A stretch of 64,000 bases of DNA from an uncultured Clostridium sp. (GTDB lineage Bacteria; Bacillota; Clostridia; Christensenellales; CAG-138). Positions within the stretch are counted from its first letter, which is position 1. Each line of letters opens with the position of its first letter. Shown one piece after another: positions 1 to 12,374 of this stretch. The stretch lies in contig CAZTFU010000001.1 of assembly GCA_964612925.1 (NCBI GenBank), positions 81,958 to 145,957 of the forward strand, in the 5' to 3' direction. Made by a program: the position numbers and the translations under genes. The notes below the pieces were generated by a model that saw nothing but the letters and a program-made list of their open reading frames with translations, was not told the DNA's origin and made no database searches.

Positions 1-444
1 GGTTTGATTCTTTATTCGCGCTATACCATCATCAAGGCCGCCTTCGACATATTTATTTTTGCCGATAAACAGCATCACCTTTTCCGGTCCTATAAGCATT
101 GACGCAACGCGGTTACCCGTTCCGTCTATGTTGATAAGGCGACCGTCGCTGAGCAGTGCATTTGTTGAGGCAAGATACCAGTCCGCCACGGCCGCGTTAT
201 CCTGAGCGTGCTTTCTGTCTGCCGCAAACCAGTGCGAGTAAACCTTGTTGCCGCGTTCATTAAGGCGATTGTACAGGTCAAGGTCGTTTTGAACTGTTAC
301 CGAACCGCCAAAACCGACCGATTCTTCGCGTTGAATCAAAGAAAAGGCCAATTCCACGGCCGCCGCCCTATCACTGACGGCATGAACGGTGAATCCGCGT
401 CCGACCAAGGCGGACTCAAGCGCATTGTATTCCTTACAAAACAT
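1..444 (-). CDS. LUD-domain (YkgG/LutC-like, DUF162) lactate-utilisation family protein; C-terminal part lies off-window
   Basis: Absent from the ORF track because no stop falls in the window. My translation from the ATG (rc of cat 442-444, GGAGG 7 nt upstream) reads MFCKEYNALESALVGRGFTVHAVSDRAAAVELAFSLIQREESVGFGGSVTVQ...LINIDGTGNRVASMLIGPEKV. VGFGGSVT and INIDGTGNRVAS are typical of LUD-domain proteins. Confidence 0.65.
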   Translation of the reverse strand, partial: MFCKEYNALESALVGRGFTVHAVSDRAAAVELAFSLIQREESVGFGGSVTVQNDLDLYNRLNERGNKVYSHWFAADRKHAQDNAAVADWYLASTNALLSDGRLINIDGTGNRVASMLIGPEKVMLFIGKNKYVEGGLDDGIARIKNQT

Positions 445-500
445 GGTGCAACCTCCGAAAACTCTGTATTTTTATAAATATTAGCATATTATCGGAGCTA

Positions 501-529
501 TTGCAATTTGGACGTTTATCAAGTATTAT
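501..529 (+). promoter_or_regulatory. putative sigma-70 promoter of lepA
   Basis: TTGCAA (501-506), 17-nt spacer, TATTAT (524-529), about 30 nt upstream of the lepA start. Confidence 0.35.
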
Positions 530-558
530 TTTACAAGACAGTATTTGGAGGAATATGC

Positions 559-2361
559 ATGGCATACGACCGTGAACTTATAAGAAACTTTTGCATAATA
601 GCACATATTGACCACGGCAAATCAACGCTTGCGGACAGAATGATAGAAATGACCGATACCGTCGCATTACGCGATATGGAGGCTCAGCTTCTTGATAATA
701 TGGATATAGAGCGCGAACGCGGCATAACCATAAAATCTTCCGCCGTAAGGATGTTCTATACCCATACGGACGGGAAGAGGTATATGTTCAATTTGATTGA
801 CACTCCGGGTCACGTTGACTTTAACTACGAAGTGTCAAGGAGCCTTGCCGCGTGTGAGGGTGCGGTGCTTGTGGTTGACGCAACACAGGGAATAGAGGCA
901 CAAACGCTTGCAAACGTGTATCTTGCCTTGGACAACTCACTTGAAATAGTGCCGGTTATAAACAAAATCGACCTGCCAAGTGCCGATGTTGAACACACTA
1001 AAAAAGAAATAGAGGATGTTATCGGCCTACCGGCTGAGGATGCTCCGTGCATATCGGCAAAGACGGGGCTTAATGTTGAACAGGTACTTGCCGCAGTGGT
1101 TGATACGGTGCCGCCACCCGACGGGGACATAAATAAGCCCCTTAAAGCACTTATATTCGACAGCGTGTATGACAATTACAAGGGCGCACTCAGCTACGTT
1201 CGTGTTGTTGACGGTGCGGTAAGACCCGGCATGAAAATACGCTATATGGCCACGGGAAACGAGTTTGACGTTACGGAGGTCGGCATATTCTCGCCCACGC
1301 TCACGCCTATTGACGTGCTTGAAGCGGGGGAGGTCGGCTATATATCCGCTTCCATAAAAAATGTGCGCGAAACGAAGGTGGGCGATACCATAACCGATGC
1401 GAATGCACCCGCCGAAGAACCGTTACCGGGCTATAAACAGGCCAATCCAATGGTGTTCTGCGGAATATATCCCGCGGACGGTGCGGATTATGAAAACCTG
1501 AGAGATGCACTTGACAAGCTTGTTTTGAACGATGCTTCGCTTTCTTACGAACCCGAAACATCAATGGCGCTCGGCTTTGGCTTCCGTTGCGGTTTTCTTG
1601 GGTTGTTGCACATGGAAATAATTCAGGAAAGGCTTGAAAGGGAGTTTGACCTTGATCTTGTTACCACGGCTCCTTCCGTTATATATAAGGTAGTTAAGAC
1701 CAACGGCGATGAAATGATGATAGACAACCCGACAAATCTTCCTTCCGCCGCGGAAATAGCTTATATGGAAGAACCTATGGTTCTGGCAACGATAATGTCG
1801 CCATCCGAATATGTGGGAACGATAATGGAGCTTTGTCAGGATAAGCGCGGCGTGTTTGAGGATATGAAGTATATTGAAGAAGGTCGCGTGAACATATTCT
1901 ATGAATTGCCGCTGAATGAAATAATATATGACTTTTTCGACCAGCTTAAATCCCGCAGCCGCGGCTACGCTTCATTTGATTATGAGCTTAAAGAATATGC
2001 CAAGAGCGAGCTTGTTAAGCTTGATTTCCTGCTAAACGGTGACATGTGCGATGCACTTTCCACAATAGTTCATAAGGATAAGGCGTATGCAAAGGGGCGC
2101 GCCGTTGCGGAAAAGTTGCAGGAGGTAATACCGAGACAGCAGTTTGAAATACCGATTCAGGCCGCAATAGGCGGCAAAATAATTGCAAGAGAAACCGTGC
2201 GCGCGGTAAGGAAGGACGTGCTTGCCAAGTGCTACGGCGGCGATATTACAAGAAAGAAGAAGCTGCTTGAAAAGCAGAAGGAAGGCAAAAAGCGTATGCG
2301 CCAGATAGGCACCGTATCCTTGCCGAGTGAAGCTTTTATGAGCGTGCTGAAGATAAACTGA
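559..2361 (+). CDS. lepA: elongation factor 4 (LepA)
   Basis: [19 protein letters not shown]1 motif, [13 protein letters not shown], and full-length LepA-like sequence. I chose the internal ATG at 559 (MAYDREL...) because GGAGG sits at 547-551; the track ORF starts at 508. Confidence 0.95.
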   Translation: MAYDRELIRNFCIIAHIDHGKSTLADRMIEMTDTVALRDMEAQLLDNMDIERERGITIKSSAVRMFYTHTDGKRYMFNLIDTPGHVDFNYEVSRSLAACEGAVLVVDATQGIEAQTLANVYLALDNSLEIVPVINKIDLPSADVEHTKKEIEDVIGLPAEDAPCISAKTGLNVEQVLAAVVDTVPPPDGDINKPLKALIFDSVYDNYKGALSYVRVVDGAVRPGMKIRYMATGNEFDVTEVGIFSPTLTPIDVLEAGEVGYISASIKNVRETKVGDTITDANAPAEEPLPGYKQANPMVFCGIYPADGADYENLRDALDKLVLNDASLSYEPETSMALGFGFRCGFLGLLHMEIIQERLEREFDLDLVTTAPSVIYKVVKTNGDEMMIDNPTNLPSAAEIAYMEEPMVLATIMSPSEYVGTIMELCQDKRGVFEDMKYIEEGRVNIFYELPLNEIIYDFFDQLKSRSRGYASFDYELKEYAKSELVKLDFLLNGDMCDALSTIVHKDKAYAKGRAVAEKLQEVIPRQQFEIPIQAAIGGKIIARETVRAVRKDVLAKCYGGDITRKKKLLEKQKEGKKRMRQIGTVSLPSEAFMSVLKIN

Positions 2362-2362
2362 T

Positions 2363-3511
2363 ATGGCAGGAATATATATACATATACCGTTTTGCGTGTC
2401 TAAGTGCCGCTATTGTGACTTTGTATCGTTTCCGTGTGACGAGAGTACAAAGAAACGGTACGTCTCCGCGCTTATAAAGGAAATGTCTTTAGCGGCACGG
2501 GAAACGCCGCACATGCGCTATGATTCCGTGTTTATAGGCGGCGGCACGCCGAGCACGCTGGAACTTGGCGAGGTAATGCGCATAATGTCCGCATTATATG
2601 ATAATTTCGACATTGCGCAGGATGCCGAAATAACCATAGAGGCGAACCCGGGCACGGTAGAAGAATGGAAAACCGAAGAATACCGTGAGTGTGGGATAAA
2701 CAGACTTTCCGTGGGTCTGCAAAGCGTTGCACCGCGTGTTTTAAGAACCATAGGACGAATACATACGCCCGATGATTTCATGAGGAGCATGGATATTGCC
2801 AAATCGGCGGGATTTACAAATATCAATGCGGATCTTATGTATGGCTTGCCCGAACAGACGGGTGATGATCTGCTTGCGGCAATAGCTGTTGCCGCGGGTA
2901 CGGGAGTTACACATATTTCGGCCTATTCGCTTATAGTTGAGGAGAATACTCCGCTCTACTTTGACGTGAACGGCGGCGGAACCCTTTTGCCCGATGAGGA
3001 CGAGACATTTGAAATGTACACAAAGGGCAGGGAACTTCTTGAGGGACTTGGCTTCCACCGTTATGAAATATCAAATTATGCAAAGGATGGGTACCGTTCC
3101 CGCCACAATTTGAATTATTGGAATAACGGTGAATACCTCGGCCTTGGTCTTAATTCGCATTCGGCAATGCGCATTGGCGGAAAATGGCTGCGTTGGTCAA
3201 ATAAAACCAAACTTGAAGAGTATATGACGGATGTTGAAGAAAGCATACGCCCGCTCGATGGCGACATGCAGACCATAGACAGGGCGGAGGAAATGTTCGA
3301 ATGCGTTATGCTTGGACTTAGAAAAACGGACGGCATATCGAATTCGGAGTTTGAAGCACGCTTTGGCCAAAGCCTTTTTGACACATTTGCAAAGGCAATA
3401 GCTCAGCTTGACAAAAACGGCATTCTTATCCGCACTGATGACGGCATAAAGCTTAACGAACGCGGATTGGATATTGAAAACCTTGCGCTTATGCCGTTTA
3501 TGGAGGATTAA
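2363..3511 (+). CDS. hemW: radical SAM heme chaperone HemW (oxygen-independent coproporphyrinogen III oxidase-like)
   Basis: IHIPFCVSKCRYCDF CxxxCxxC radical-SAM motif and the HemN-like C-terminal domain. It sits directly after lepA, as in many Firmicutes. Confidence 0.9.
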   Translation: MAGIYIHIPFCVSKCRYCDFVSFPCDESTKKRYVSALIKEMSLAARETPHMRYDSVFIGGGTPSTLELGEVMRIMSALYDNFDIAQDAEITIEANPGTVEEWKTEEYRECGINRLSVGLQSVAPRVLRTIGRIHTPDDFMRSMDIAKSAGFTNINADLMYGLPEQTGDDLLAAIAVAAGTGVTHISAYSLIVEENTPLYFDVNGGGTLLPDEDETFEMYTKGRELLEGLGFHRYEISNYAKDGYRSRHNLNYWNNGEYLGLGLNSHSAMRIGGKWLRWSNKTKLEEYMTDVEESIRPLDGDMQTIDRAEEMFECVMLGLRKTDGISNSEFEARFGQSLFDTFAKAIAQLDKNGILIRTDDGIKLNERGLDIENLALMPFMED

Positions 3512-3621
3512 GACACAATATATATGTGCTTATATGGCGGGCGGAGCGGCAATGCACCGTCCGTTTATATTTCCATCAAGCTAATGTTTCCGTTTTGTCA
3601 CAAAGGATACTTCCTTGTACC

Positions 3622-3650
3622 TTGACTATAGTGAAATGCGGTACTATACT
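3622..3650 (+). promoter_or_regulatory. sigma-70 promoter of the hrcA-grpE-dnaK-dnaJ operon
   Basis: TTGACT (3622-3627), 17-nt spacer, TATACT (3645-3650), immediately upstream of CIRCE. Confidence 0.6.
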
Positions 3651-3661
3651 TTAACCATAAG

Positions 3662-3688
3662 TTAGCACTCAACCTTAATGAGTGCTAA
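3662..3688 (+). promoter_or_regulatory. CIRCE operator (HrcA binding site)
   Basis: Perfect TTAGCACTC-N9-GAGTGCTAA inverted repeat between the promoter and hrcA. Confidence 0.95.
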
Positions 3689-3731
3689 CAACAGGTTGCG
3701 GCATACCGTGGCGAAAGGAGGCGGTAAACAA

Positions 3732-4772
3732 ATGGAGCTTGATGCAAGAAAAATGCGCATACTTCAGGCGATAATAGACGATTATATACTGACGGCATCG
3801 CCCGTAGGCTCGCGCACAATAGCAAAAAGCACGGATATCGGACTTTCAAGTGCTACGATCCGCAACGAAATGAGCGACCTTGAGGAAATGGGCTTCCTTG
3901 AACAGCCACACACTTCCGCCGGAAGAATACCGTCTGACAAGGCATACAGGCTTTATGTTGACAGTATTATGCGCCGAGCCAAATTGAGCAGGGATGAATT
4001 GAGCTTTATCAGCGAACACTATTCAAAGAGGCTCAATGAGGTGGATGACATAGTTAAGCAGACTGCATTCGTGTTGTCAAGCGTAACAAAGTACGCATCC
4101 ATGGTGCTTTCACCGCGGTTGCATGCCGCGCGGCTCAGATACATTCACATTGTGGGCCTTGGAGAGGGCAGGGCACTGTTACTTATAGTTACCGATTCCG
4201 GCCTCGCACGGGATTCCATGATTCGAGTGCCTTACGGGATGGAGCAAAGCGAGCTTGAAAGAATATCGCTCATGCTCAATGCAAAACTTGCCGATTGTCG
4301 GATGGACGAAATAATGGCAAATCGCATGAATGATATTGCGGGTGAGCTTGGCAGACACGCCGAATTCCTTGATTCGATAGTGAGCTCGATCAAGGAAAGC
4401 TTGGATCAAAGGGCAAAGCGGATTGAACTCAGCGGGACAACGAACCTTTTAAGTCTGCCCGAATACAGCGACATGGAACGCGCAAGGGATCTGTTGAGCG
4501 TTATGGAAAAGGGAGATGCCCTTTACGAAATGCTCAAAGGACGAGAAGATGTTGAATTTACGATTCGCATCGGCCATGAAAATGAGCTTAACAGCATGAA
4601 AGGGTGCAGTGTTGTAACGGCAACATACAAAATAGGCACGGAACCGATAGGTACGTTCGGGGTGATAGGACCCACACGCATGAATTATCCCAAGGTGCTT
4701 GCGGTGATGAGCCACATTGGAAAAACAATGAGCGAAACGCTTACAAATATGCTTGATGAGGAGCGAAATTAA
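3732..4772 (+). CDS. hrcA: heat-inducible transcription repressor HrcA
   Basis: MELDARKMRILQAIIDDYILTASPVGSRTI is the HrcA N-terminal winged helix. AGGAGG lies upstream of ATG 3732. The track start at 3678 lies inside CIRCE, so I rejected it. Confidence 0.93.
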   Translation: MELDARKMRILQAIIDDYILTASPVGSRTIAKSTDIGLSSATIRNEMSDLEEMGFLEQPHTSAGRIPSDKAYRLYVDSIMRRAKLSRDELSFISEHYSKRLNEVDDIVKQTAFVLSSVTKYASMVLSPRLHAARLRYIHIVGLGEGRALLLIVTDSGLARDSMIRVPYGMEQSELERISLMLNAKLADCRMDEIMANRMNDIAGELGRHAEFLDSIVSSIKESLDQRAKRIELSGTTNLLSLPEYSDMERARDLLSVMEKGDALYEMLKGREDVEFTIRIGHENELNSMKGCSVVTATYKIGTEPIGTFGVIGPTRMNYPKVLAVMSHIGKTMSETLTNMLDEERN

Positions 4773-4774
4773 AA

Positions 4775-5353
4775 TTGGCAAAGAAAAAGGAAAATCCTCC
4801 CGTAGAGGAACAAAAGGCCGCGGATACGGTCGAAACGAACGATAAGGGCACGGCGGAGAACGAAATACCCGAAAGCGTTACGCTTACGCGGGATGAGTTC
4901 AAGCAGGTAAAGGAGCGCATAGATCAGCTTGAAAAGGAAAAGGAAAGCGATGTTGCGTTGTTGCAAAGGCTTCAGGCGGATTTTGACAATTATCGCCGCA
5001 GGAATGCATCCGTTGTGGCCGACAGTTTGGATGAAGGCGCAAGGAACCTTATAAAATCTCTTTTGCCGGTGCTTGATAATCTTGATAGGGCGTTGGACAA
5101 TGTGCCCGAGGATGAAAAAACGGCATGGGTAGAGGGGATACAGCTTGTGTCAAAGCAACTGTATGAAACTCTTCAAAAGGCCGGACTTGAAGAAATACAG
5201 GCTGAGGGTCAATTCGATCCGGAACTGCACGATGCGGTTATGCAGGAAGAGGATGAAGAAAAGGAAAGCGGAGAGATCACGGCCGTTTTCCAAAAGGGTT
5301 ACAAAGTTAAAAATCGCATAATTCGCCACAGCATGGTGAAGGTTGCGAAATAA
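4775..5353 (+). CDS. grpE: nucleotide exchange factor GrpE
   Basis: Conserved LQRLQADFDNYRRR GrpE motif. TTG start, positioned between hrcA and dnaK. Confidence 0.9.
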   Translation: MAKKKENPPVEEQKAADTVETNDKGTAENEIPESVTLTRDEFKQVKERIDQLEKEKESDVALLQRLQADFDNYRRRNASVVADSLDEGARNLIKSLLPVLDNLDRALDNVPEDEKTAWVEGIQLVSKQLYETLQKAGLEEIQAEGQFDPELHDAVMQEEDEEKESGEITAVFQKGYKVKNRIIRHSMVKVAK

Positions 5354-5383
5354 ATAAACGTAAAAATAATCAGGAGGAAATAG

Positions 5384-7237
<1,854 letters not shown>

Positions 7238-7341
7238 GCCTAAAGGCTAAAATACTACCATGTGCATAATGCGGGAACGATCGAAAAAAAACGGTCGTTT
7301 ACCGCGTTGTGCGTTGGTGAAAGGATAAGGAGTTGGGGACG

Positions 7342-8520
7342 GTGAAGGAAGATTATTACGAGCTGCTTGGCGTGAACAAGAACGCTACCGATGATGAGAT
7401 AAAAAGCGCATTCCGCAAGCTTGCTAAGCAATATCATCCGGACCTGCATAAAGGGGCGGACAAGGAAGAAGCGGAGGCAAAGTTTAAGCAGATAAACGAA
7501 GCATACGAAGTCCTGTCCGATAAAGATAAGCGCGCCAAATACGATCAGTTCGGCCATGCGGCGTTCGATCCTGCGGCGGGCGGTGGTTACGGCGGATACA
7601 GTTCCGCCGGCTTCGGTGATTTCAGCGATATATTTGACAGCGTATTCGGCGGAGGGTTTGGCGGATTTGGCGGCGGTTCACGCACACAGCGTAACGGTCC
7701 CGTGCGCGGTAACGACTTGAAATACAACATGACGCTTACATTTGAAGAAGCGGCATTTGGTACCAAAAAAGAAATCCTTATTCCGCGCGAGGAAAACTGT
7801 TCGGAATGTGGCGGCAGTGGCGCAAAGCCAGGTTCAACGCCAACAAAGTGTACGACTTGTGGCGGCACGGGTCAGGTTCGCGTACAGCAGAACACTATGT
7901 TCGGCTCGTTTTCAACCGTGCGCACATGTGAAGCCTGTAACGGCACGGGCAAAATTATAAAGGATCCCTGCACGCATTGCAAAGGACGCGGCAGGGTAAC
8001 CAAAAATAATCGCATAAACGTTACAATACCTGCGGGAATAAACAACGGCCAAACGCTTACCATGCGCGGGGAAGGTGAAGCCGGACTTCGCGGCGGAGCC
8101 AATGGTGACCTGTATATAGGCATAAGCATAAAGTCGCACAAGATATTTACACGAAATGGGTATGATCTATATCTTGATATAAACATCCCCATGACCACGG
8201 CCACGCTTGGCGGTGAAATTCAAGTGCCTACGCTTAAAGGCAGTGTTAAATATAACATACCGCAGGGCACACAGCCGGGTACAACATTCAGATTAAAGGA
8301 ACAGGGCGTGCAACGGCTTAATGCTGCGGGCAAGGGTGATCTGCTTGTGCGTGTAAACGTGCAAATTCCAAAGCGATTGAATGATGAACAGCGCGAGCTG
8401 GTTGAAAAGCTTGCCGAAGCCATGGGTGATAAAGCTTCAAATGCTCCAAAGCCCATGAAACGCACCATAATAGATAAGATGAAGGATAAGTTCAACCAGG
8501 AACAATCACAGCGCGAATAA
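7342..8520 (+). CDS. dnaJ: molecular chaperone DnaJ
   Basis: J-domain (DYYELLGV...HPD), G/F-rich region and four CxxCxGxG zinc-finger repeats. I prefer the GTG at 7342, 9 nt after AAGGAG, over the track TTG at 7333, which abuts the RBS. Confidence 0.93.
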   Translation: MKEDYYELLGVNKNATDDEIKSAFRKLAKQYHPDLHKGADKEEAEAKFKQINEAYEVLSDKDKRAKYDQFGHAAFDPAAGGGYGGYSSAGFGDFSDIFDSVFGGGFGGFGGGSRTQRNGPVRGNDLKYNMTLTFEEAAFGTKKEILIPREENCSECGGSGAKPGSTPTKCTTCGGTGQVRVQQNTMFGSFSTVRTCEACNGTGKIIKDPCTHCKGRGRVTKNNRINVTIPAGINNGQTLTMRGEGEAGLRGGANGDLYIGISIKSHKIFTRNGYDLYLDINIPMTTATLGGEIQVPTLKGSVKYNIPQGTQPGTTFRLKEQGVQRLNAAGKGDLLVRVNVQIPKRLNDEQRELVEKLAEAMGDKASNAPKPMKRTIIDKMKDKFNQEQSQRE

Positions 8521-8536
8521 AACGCAAATAGCAAAG

Positions 8537-8569
8537 GGAGACGGTCAAAACACCGTCTCCTGCTTTTTG
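8537..8569 (+). terminator. rho-independent terminator after dnaJ
   Basis: GGAGACGGT-caaaac-ACCGTCTCC followed by TGCTTTTTG. It lies between the convergent dnaJ and HIT genes. Confidence 0.8.
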
Positions 8570-8587
8570 CAAAACATTTTTAACAAA

Positions 8588-8923
8588 CTATCCTGGCGGC
8601 CACTGAAGCTCACGTCCGCCAAGAAGGTGAATGTGCAAATGGTTGACGCTTTGCCCGCCGTCTTTGCCGGTGTTGATAACCAGCCTGAATCCCGCTTTCA
8701 CGCCAAGCTTGTCCGCAACAGCGGATGCTGTTTGCATAAGGTGCCCCATAAGCGCACCGTCATCAACGGTTGTAACGTTATCATAATGCTTTTTGGGCAC
8801 TATGAGTACGTGCACAGGGGCCTGCGGTTCAAGGTCGTAAAAAGCAATGCAAATATCATCTTCATATACCTTGTTGGATGGTATTTCGCCCAATGCTATT
8901 TTACAGAAAATACAGTTATCCAT
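8588..8923 (-). CDS. HIT-family (histidine triad) nucleotide-binding protein
   Basis: CIFCKI..., VHVLIVPKKH and the HLHIHLLGG histidine triad. Confidence 0.9.
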   Translation of the reverse strand: MDNCIFCKIALGEIPSNKVYEDDICIAFYDLEPQAPVHVLIVPKKHYDNVTTVDDGALMGHLMQTASAVADKLGVKAGFRLVINTGKDGGQSVNHLHIHLLGGRELQWPPG

Positions 8924-8939
8924 TTTATTTGCTCCTTTC

Positions 8940-10247
8940 TTAATTTGTATGCTTCTTTATAATGCCCGTTGCACCGAACCTGTCAATGCCGGTTATTTCA
9001 ACGGGTACTATTGAATTTATAAGGCTGCTTTCCGCACCCCTTACGCCAACCTTAACATATGTGTCCGTATGGCCGAACAGGATACCGTTCTTTTCTTCCT
9101 CAAAAAGCACATCCTGCACCGAACCGATAAGTGAGGATACAAACTCATGCTCAAGCTTGTCGGCTTCAGCTATAAGGCGTTTTGCGCGAGAATGCTTCTC
9201 TGCGGCGGAAAGCTGACCGTTCATGCTGTAAGCGGGCGTTCCCTTACGCCTTGAGTATGGAAAAACGTGTATTTTTGAAAGCCGCATTCGATTAACAAAA
9301 TCCAGCGTTTCTTCAAATTCGGCTTCGGTTTCGCCGGGAAAGCCGACAATTACGTCCGTCGTAATTGCACAAAGCGGCATAGCCTGTCTTAGCCGAGCTA
9401 CGCAGTCGGCATATAATTCGGGCGTGTAACGTCGATTCATGCGTTCAAGCACGGTTTTGCTACCGCTTTGCAGTGACAGGTGAAACTGGTGGCACACAAG
9501 TCCGCTTTCACTTACTGTTTTTATAAATTCGTCACTCAAAAGCTGAGGTTCAAGCGACCCCAAACGAACACGGACGATATTTTTTAATCCTTCGGCCTGC
9601 TTTATTGCATCGCTCAGGGTTATTTCGCCGCGCTTATCTTTTCCGTAGGACATAAGGTGTATGCCCGTCATTACAACTTCACGGTAACCTTCATTATCGA
9701 GCAATTCAAGCTGATGACGTACATCGTCAAGCGGGCGACTCCTTACGGGACCGCGTGCATACGGTATTATGCAATATGCACAATATCTGTCACATCCGTC
9801 CTCTATTTTCAAAAAAGCGCGGGTTCGACCCTCTTTTGTTACGGTTAAGTTTTCAAATTCGTCTTTAGGCCCGTGCGGCGTTACCGAATGAACCTTGGAA
9901 TCATTGCCTGAAATCAATTCTTCCGCAAGCGAAACTATGCGCCCTCTTTCGCCCGTACCAAGCACAAGCGATACCCCGGGCAGACTTAAAGCTTCCTCGG
10001 GTGCGGTTTGCGCATAACAGCCCGTAAGTATTATTTTTGCATCGGGACAGAGCGAATGCGCACGCGAAGCCATCTGGCGGGACTTTTTATCACCTGTTGA
10101 TGTAACGGTGCAGGTGTTTATAATGTAAACGTCTGCCACATCATCAAATTCCGCTATTGTGTGACCTGCATTTACGAACATTTCACGCATGGCATCGGTA
10201 TCGTATTGATTCACTTTGCAACCAAGTGTACAGAATGCAACCCTCAT
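8940..10247 (-). CDS. mtaB: tRNA (N6-threonylcarbamoyladenosine-37) methylthiotransferase MtaB
   Basis: MTTase N-terminal domain (TLGCKVNQYD), radical-SAM CDRYCAYCIIP motif and a C-terminal TRAM-like region. Confidence 0.88.
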   Translation of the reverse strand: MRVAFCTLGCKVNQYDTDAMREMFVNAGHTIAEFDDVADVYIINTCTVTSTGDKKSRQMASRAHSLCPDAKIILTGCYAQTAPEEALSLPGVSLVLGTGERGRIVSLAEELISGNDSKVHSVTPHGPKDEFENLTVTKEGRTRAFLKIEDGCDRYCAYCIIPYARGPVRSRPLDDVRHQLELLDNEGYREVVMTGIHLMSYGKDKRGEITLSDAIKQAEGLKNIVRVRLGSLEPQLLSDEFIKTVSESGLVCHQFHLSLQSGSKTVLERMNRRYTPELYADCVARLRQAMPLCAITTDVIVGFPGETEAEFEETLDFVNRMRLSKIHVFPYSRRKGTPAYSMNGQLSAAEKHSRAKRLIAEADKLEHEFVSSLIGSVQDVLFEEEKNGILFGHTDTYVKVGVRGAESSLINSIVPVEITGIDRFGATGIIKKHTN

Positions 10248-10981
10248 GCTTCACCTTCCATATGGTACATTATGATAGCCGTAATCGCAGGGCCGGCCGT
10301 TTCCGTGCGAAGTATTCTGTGCCCGAGCGAAAACGGTTTTACACCGCGAGCAATAAAAAGCTCCGCTTCATCAGAACTTATACCGCCCTCGGGTCCGACT
10401 ATAACACCTATGCGGCGAACGGAAGCGTCAAGCGAATCAAGCACATACTTTATCGAATTGCCGCTTTCAAGCTCATATGCAAGCAGTAGCACATCAAAAT
10501 CATGCGGGTCAATCTCCTCGGGCGTAATGAGAGCACCCACGGTCGGTATCACGCCGCGTCTTGATTGCTTTGATGCTTCCAGTGCAACGCGCTTATAACG
10601 ATCGAGCTTTTTGTCAAAGTCCTTTTTACTTAATCTTACAACGCTACGCTCCATGGCAACGGGACATATGCCGCTTATACCAAGCTCAACGCACTTCTGA
10701 ATTATGGTTTCAAGCTTACCTGCTTTTGGCAGACCCTGAAACAGCGTAACGGAACATGCGGGTTCGGTAAGGGCGGGGGAGGAGGATAGAATTTCAAAAA
10801 GCACTTCCGTTTTGTTTATTGACACTATCCTTGCGTGATAATCGGTGCCCATTCCGTCACACAGCATTACCTCGTCATCGGGTTTAAGCCTTAGTACCGT
10901 GGAAATATGCTTAACATCTTCACCGCGCAGCACCGCTTCGCAATCCGAAACATCTTCCTTATTTATAAAGAAACGGTTCAT
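10244..10981 (-). CDS. rsmE: 16S rRNA (uracil1498-N3)-methyltransferase RsmE
   Basis: MNRFFI... N-terminus, PUA-like domain and a GPEGG SPOUT motif. ATG 10981 overlaps the prmA stop (ATGA). I judge the track's upstream extension to 11053 spurious. Confidence 0.88.
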   Translation of the reverse strand: MNRFFINKEDVSDCEAVLRGEDVKHISTVLRLKPDDEVMLCDGMGTDYHARIVSINKTEVLFEILSSSPALTEPACSVTLFQGLPKAGKLETIIQKCVELGISGICPVAMERSVVRLSKKDFDKKLDRYKRVALEASKQSRRGVIPTVGALITPEEIDPHDFDVLLLAYELESGNSIKYVLDSLDASVRRIGVIVGPEGGISSDEAELFIARGVKPFSLGHRILRTETAGPAITAIIMYHMEGEA

Positions 10982-11949
10982 GCGCGCTTCTCCGCAAGTA
11001 TTGCGCGCCAATCGCCGCCGCGGCGCACTTCGATTATGCTCAATCCCGCACATTCTATTGCGGCAATAACCTCCTGTTCGCGTGAATCGATTATGCCGGA
11101 AGTGATGAATTTTCCGCCGCTTTCAAGCAACTTTGCGACATAAGGTGCAAGCGCGATTATTACGGAAGCCACTATGTTTGCCGTAATGACGGGATATTTA
11201 CGCACCTCAAGCTTTTCACGCAACTTGGAATCGGTAAGAACATCGCCCGTGAATACGGAATATCTGTTGCGGTCAATGCCATTGAGTGCGGCATTTTCAT
11301 ATGCTATGGACTCCGCAATGGGGTCAATATCAACCGCAACGGCATTTTCCGCGCCGAGTATAAGCGCGGCTATTGAGAGTATTCCGCTACCGCAGCCAAG
11401 GTCAAGCACGGTATCGCCCGATTTGATATGTTCATCTATGTATTCAAGGCACATCCGCGTTGTGGGGTGGGAACCGGTACCGAATGCCATACCGGGATCG
11501 AGTGAAAGAACGCTTCTGCCCTCGGAATCAAATTCATCTTCCCATGACGGACGCACAAGTAGCCTTTTGCCGACGGGAAACGGCTTATAAGCTTGCTTCC
11601 ATGCATTAAGCCAAACGGAATCGTCAACCGTTTGAACTATCATATTAAGGCTGCCTATATCAAACCCGAGCGACATGCCTTTTAACTGCGCAAGTGATGA
11701 ACGTAAATTCTCAACGGTGCTTTCAGCAGTATCGCCATCGTCTATATATGCTTTAACGCACGGTTCTGCGGCACACAGCTCGTCCATGTCGGCAAAATCC
11801 CAATATTTTGCACTTTTTTGAAGAAAGTCGGCTATTTCCTCACGCCCCTGTATTATTTCAAGCTGTTCCATACCGAGCATTGAAAAACGGGCGCATACGG
11901 CATCAATACCTTCTTCCGTGGTAAAAACAGATATTTCCTTATATGTCAT
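10978..11949 (-). CDS. prmA: ribosomal protein L11 methyltransferase PrmA
   Basis: DPGMAFGTGSHPTT and LDLGCGSGILSIAA SAM-binding motifs. I chose the start at 11949 (MTYKEISVF) because GGAG lies upstream. Confidence 0.9.
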   Translation of the reverse strand: MTYKEISVFTTEEGIDAVCARFSMLGMEQLEIIQGREEIADFLQKSAKYWDFADMDELCAAEPCVKAYIDDGDTAESTVENLRSSLAQLKGMSLGFDIGSLNMIVQTVDDSVWLNAWKQAYKPFPVGKRLLVRPSWEDEFDSEGRSVLSLDPGMAFGTGSHPTTRMCLEYIDEHIKSGDTVLDLGCGSGILSIAALILGAENAVAVDIDPIAESIAYENAALNGIDRNRYSVFTGDVLTDSKLREKLEVRKYPVITANIVASVIIALAPYVAKLLESGGKFITSGIIDSREQEVIAAIECAGLSIIEVRRGGDWRAILAEKRA

Positions 11950-12092
11950 AACTGTACTCCATTCGTTTCCTGATTCTAACTGATATGATATTACATTTTT
12001 CAATTGTTAGCAACCGTAAAAGAGGCATAGAAAAAGATATAACCGTAGGTTCTGTCTTGTGCCCACCCGAGAGCTTTATCTCCTGCTTGGAT

Positions 12093-12374
12093 AAGGCCCT
12101 CTGAGATAAGAAATACACGGTTTTGAGGTGCTATTTTGCACCCTGACTTTAGAAAAATGCTCGAAGATACGCCCCGGTATCTTACTGCGCTTTTTCTTCG
12201 TCATGGCACAAAATATCTACCTCAAAACTGCTTAGCACCTAAAAAGAGCAATGTTTGTGCCAAGCACAAGGCACGAGGGCGAAGCCATACCGGAGGCATG
12301 ACGAGGCCCGAGTAACGAAGTGATTGGCCAAACAGTGCCTTTTTAGGCGTATGTTTCTTACCTCAGAGGGCCTT
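12093..12374. repeat. 282-bp element bounded by a 24/27-nt inverted repeat
   Basis: AAGGCCCTCTGAGATAAGAAATACACG (12093-12119) matches the reverse complement of 12348-12374 (AAGGCCCTCTGAGGTAAGAAACATACG). A nested 10-bp inverted repeat pairs GTTTTGAGGT (12120-12129) with ACCTCAAAAC (12219-12228). Confidence 0.6.

Noticed and set aside
208-477. 89-aa plus-strand ORF at the left edge
   Set aside because: It is antisense to the LUD-domain gene, whose translation is clearly protein-like, and it has no RBS.
7270-7305. Possible hairpin (AACGATCG-A8-CGGTCGTT) between dnaK and dnaJ as a terminator
   Set aside because: The stem is short with a wobble pair, the loop is an A-run and no U-tract follows. 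dnaJ is normally co-transcribed with dnaK.
8567-8962. 131-aa plus-strand ORF
   Set aside because: It is antisense to the HIT-family gene, which has the diagnostic HxHxHxx motif.
12076-12204. 42-codon minus-strand ORF (MTKKKRSKIPGRIFEHFSKVRVQNSTSKPCISYLRGPYPSRR)
   Set aside because: It is too short, has no RBS and runs into the inverted-repeat arm. It is mentioned within the repeat finding but not called as a gene.
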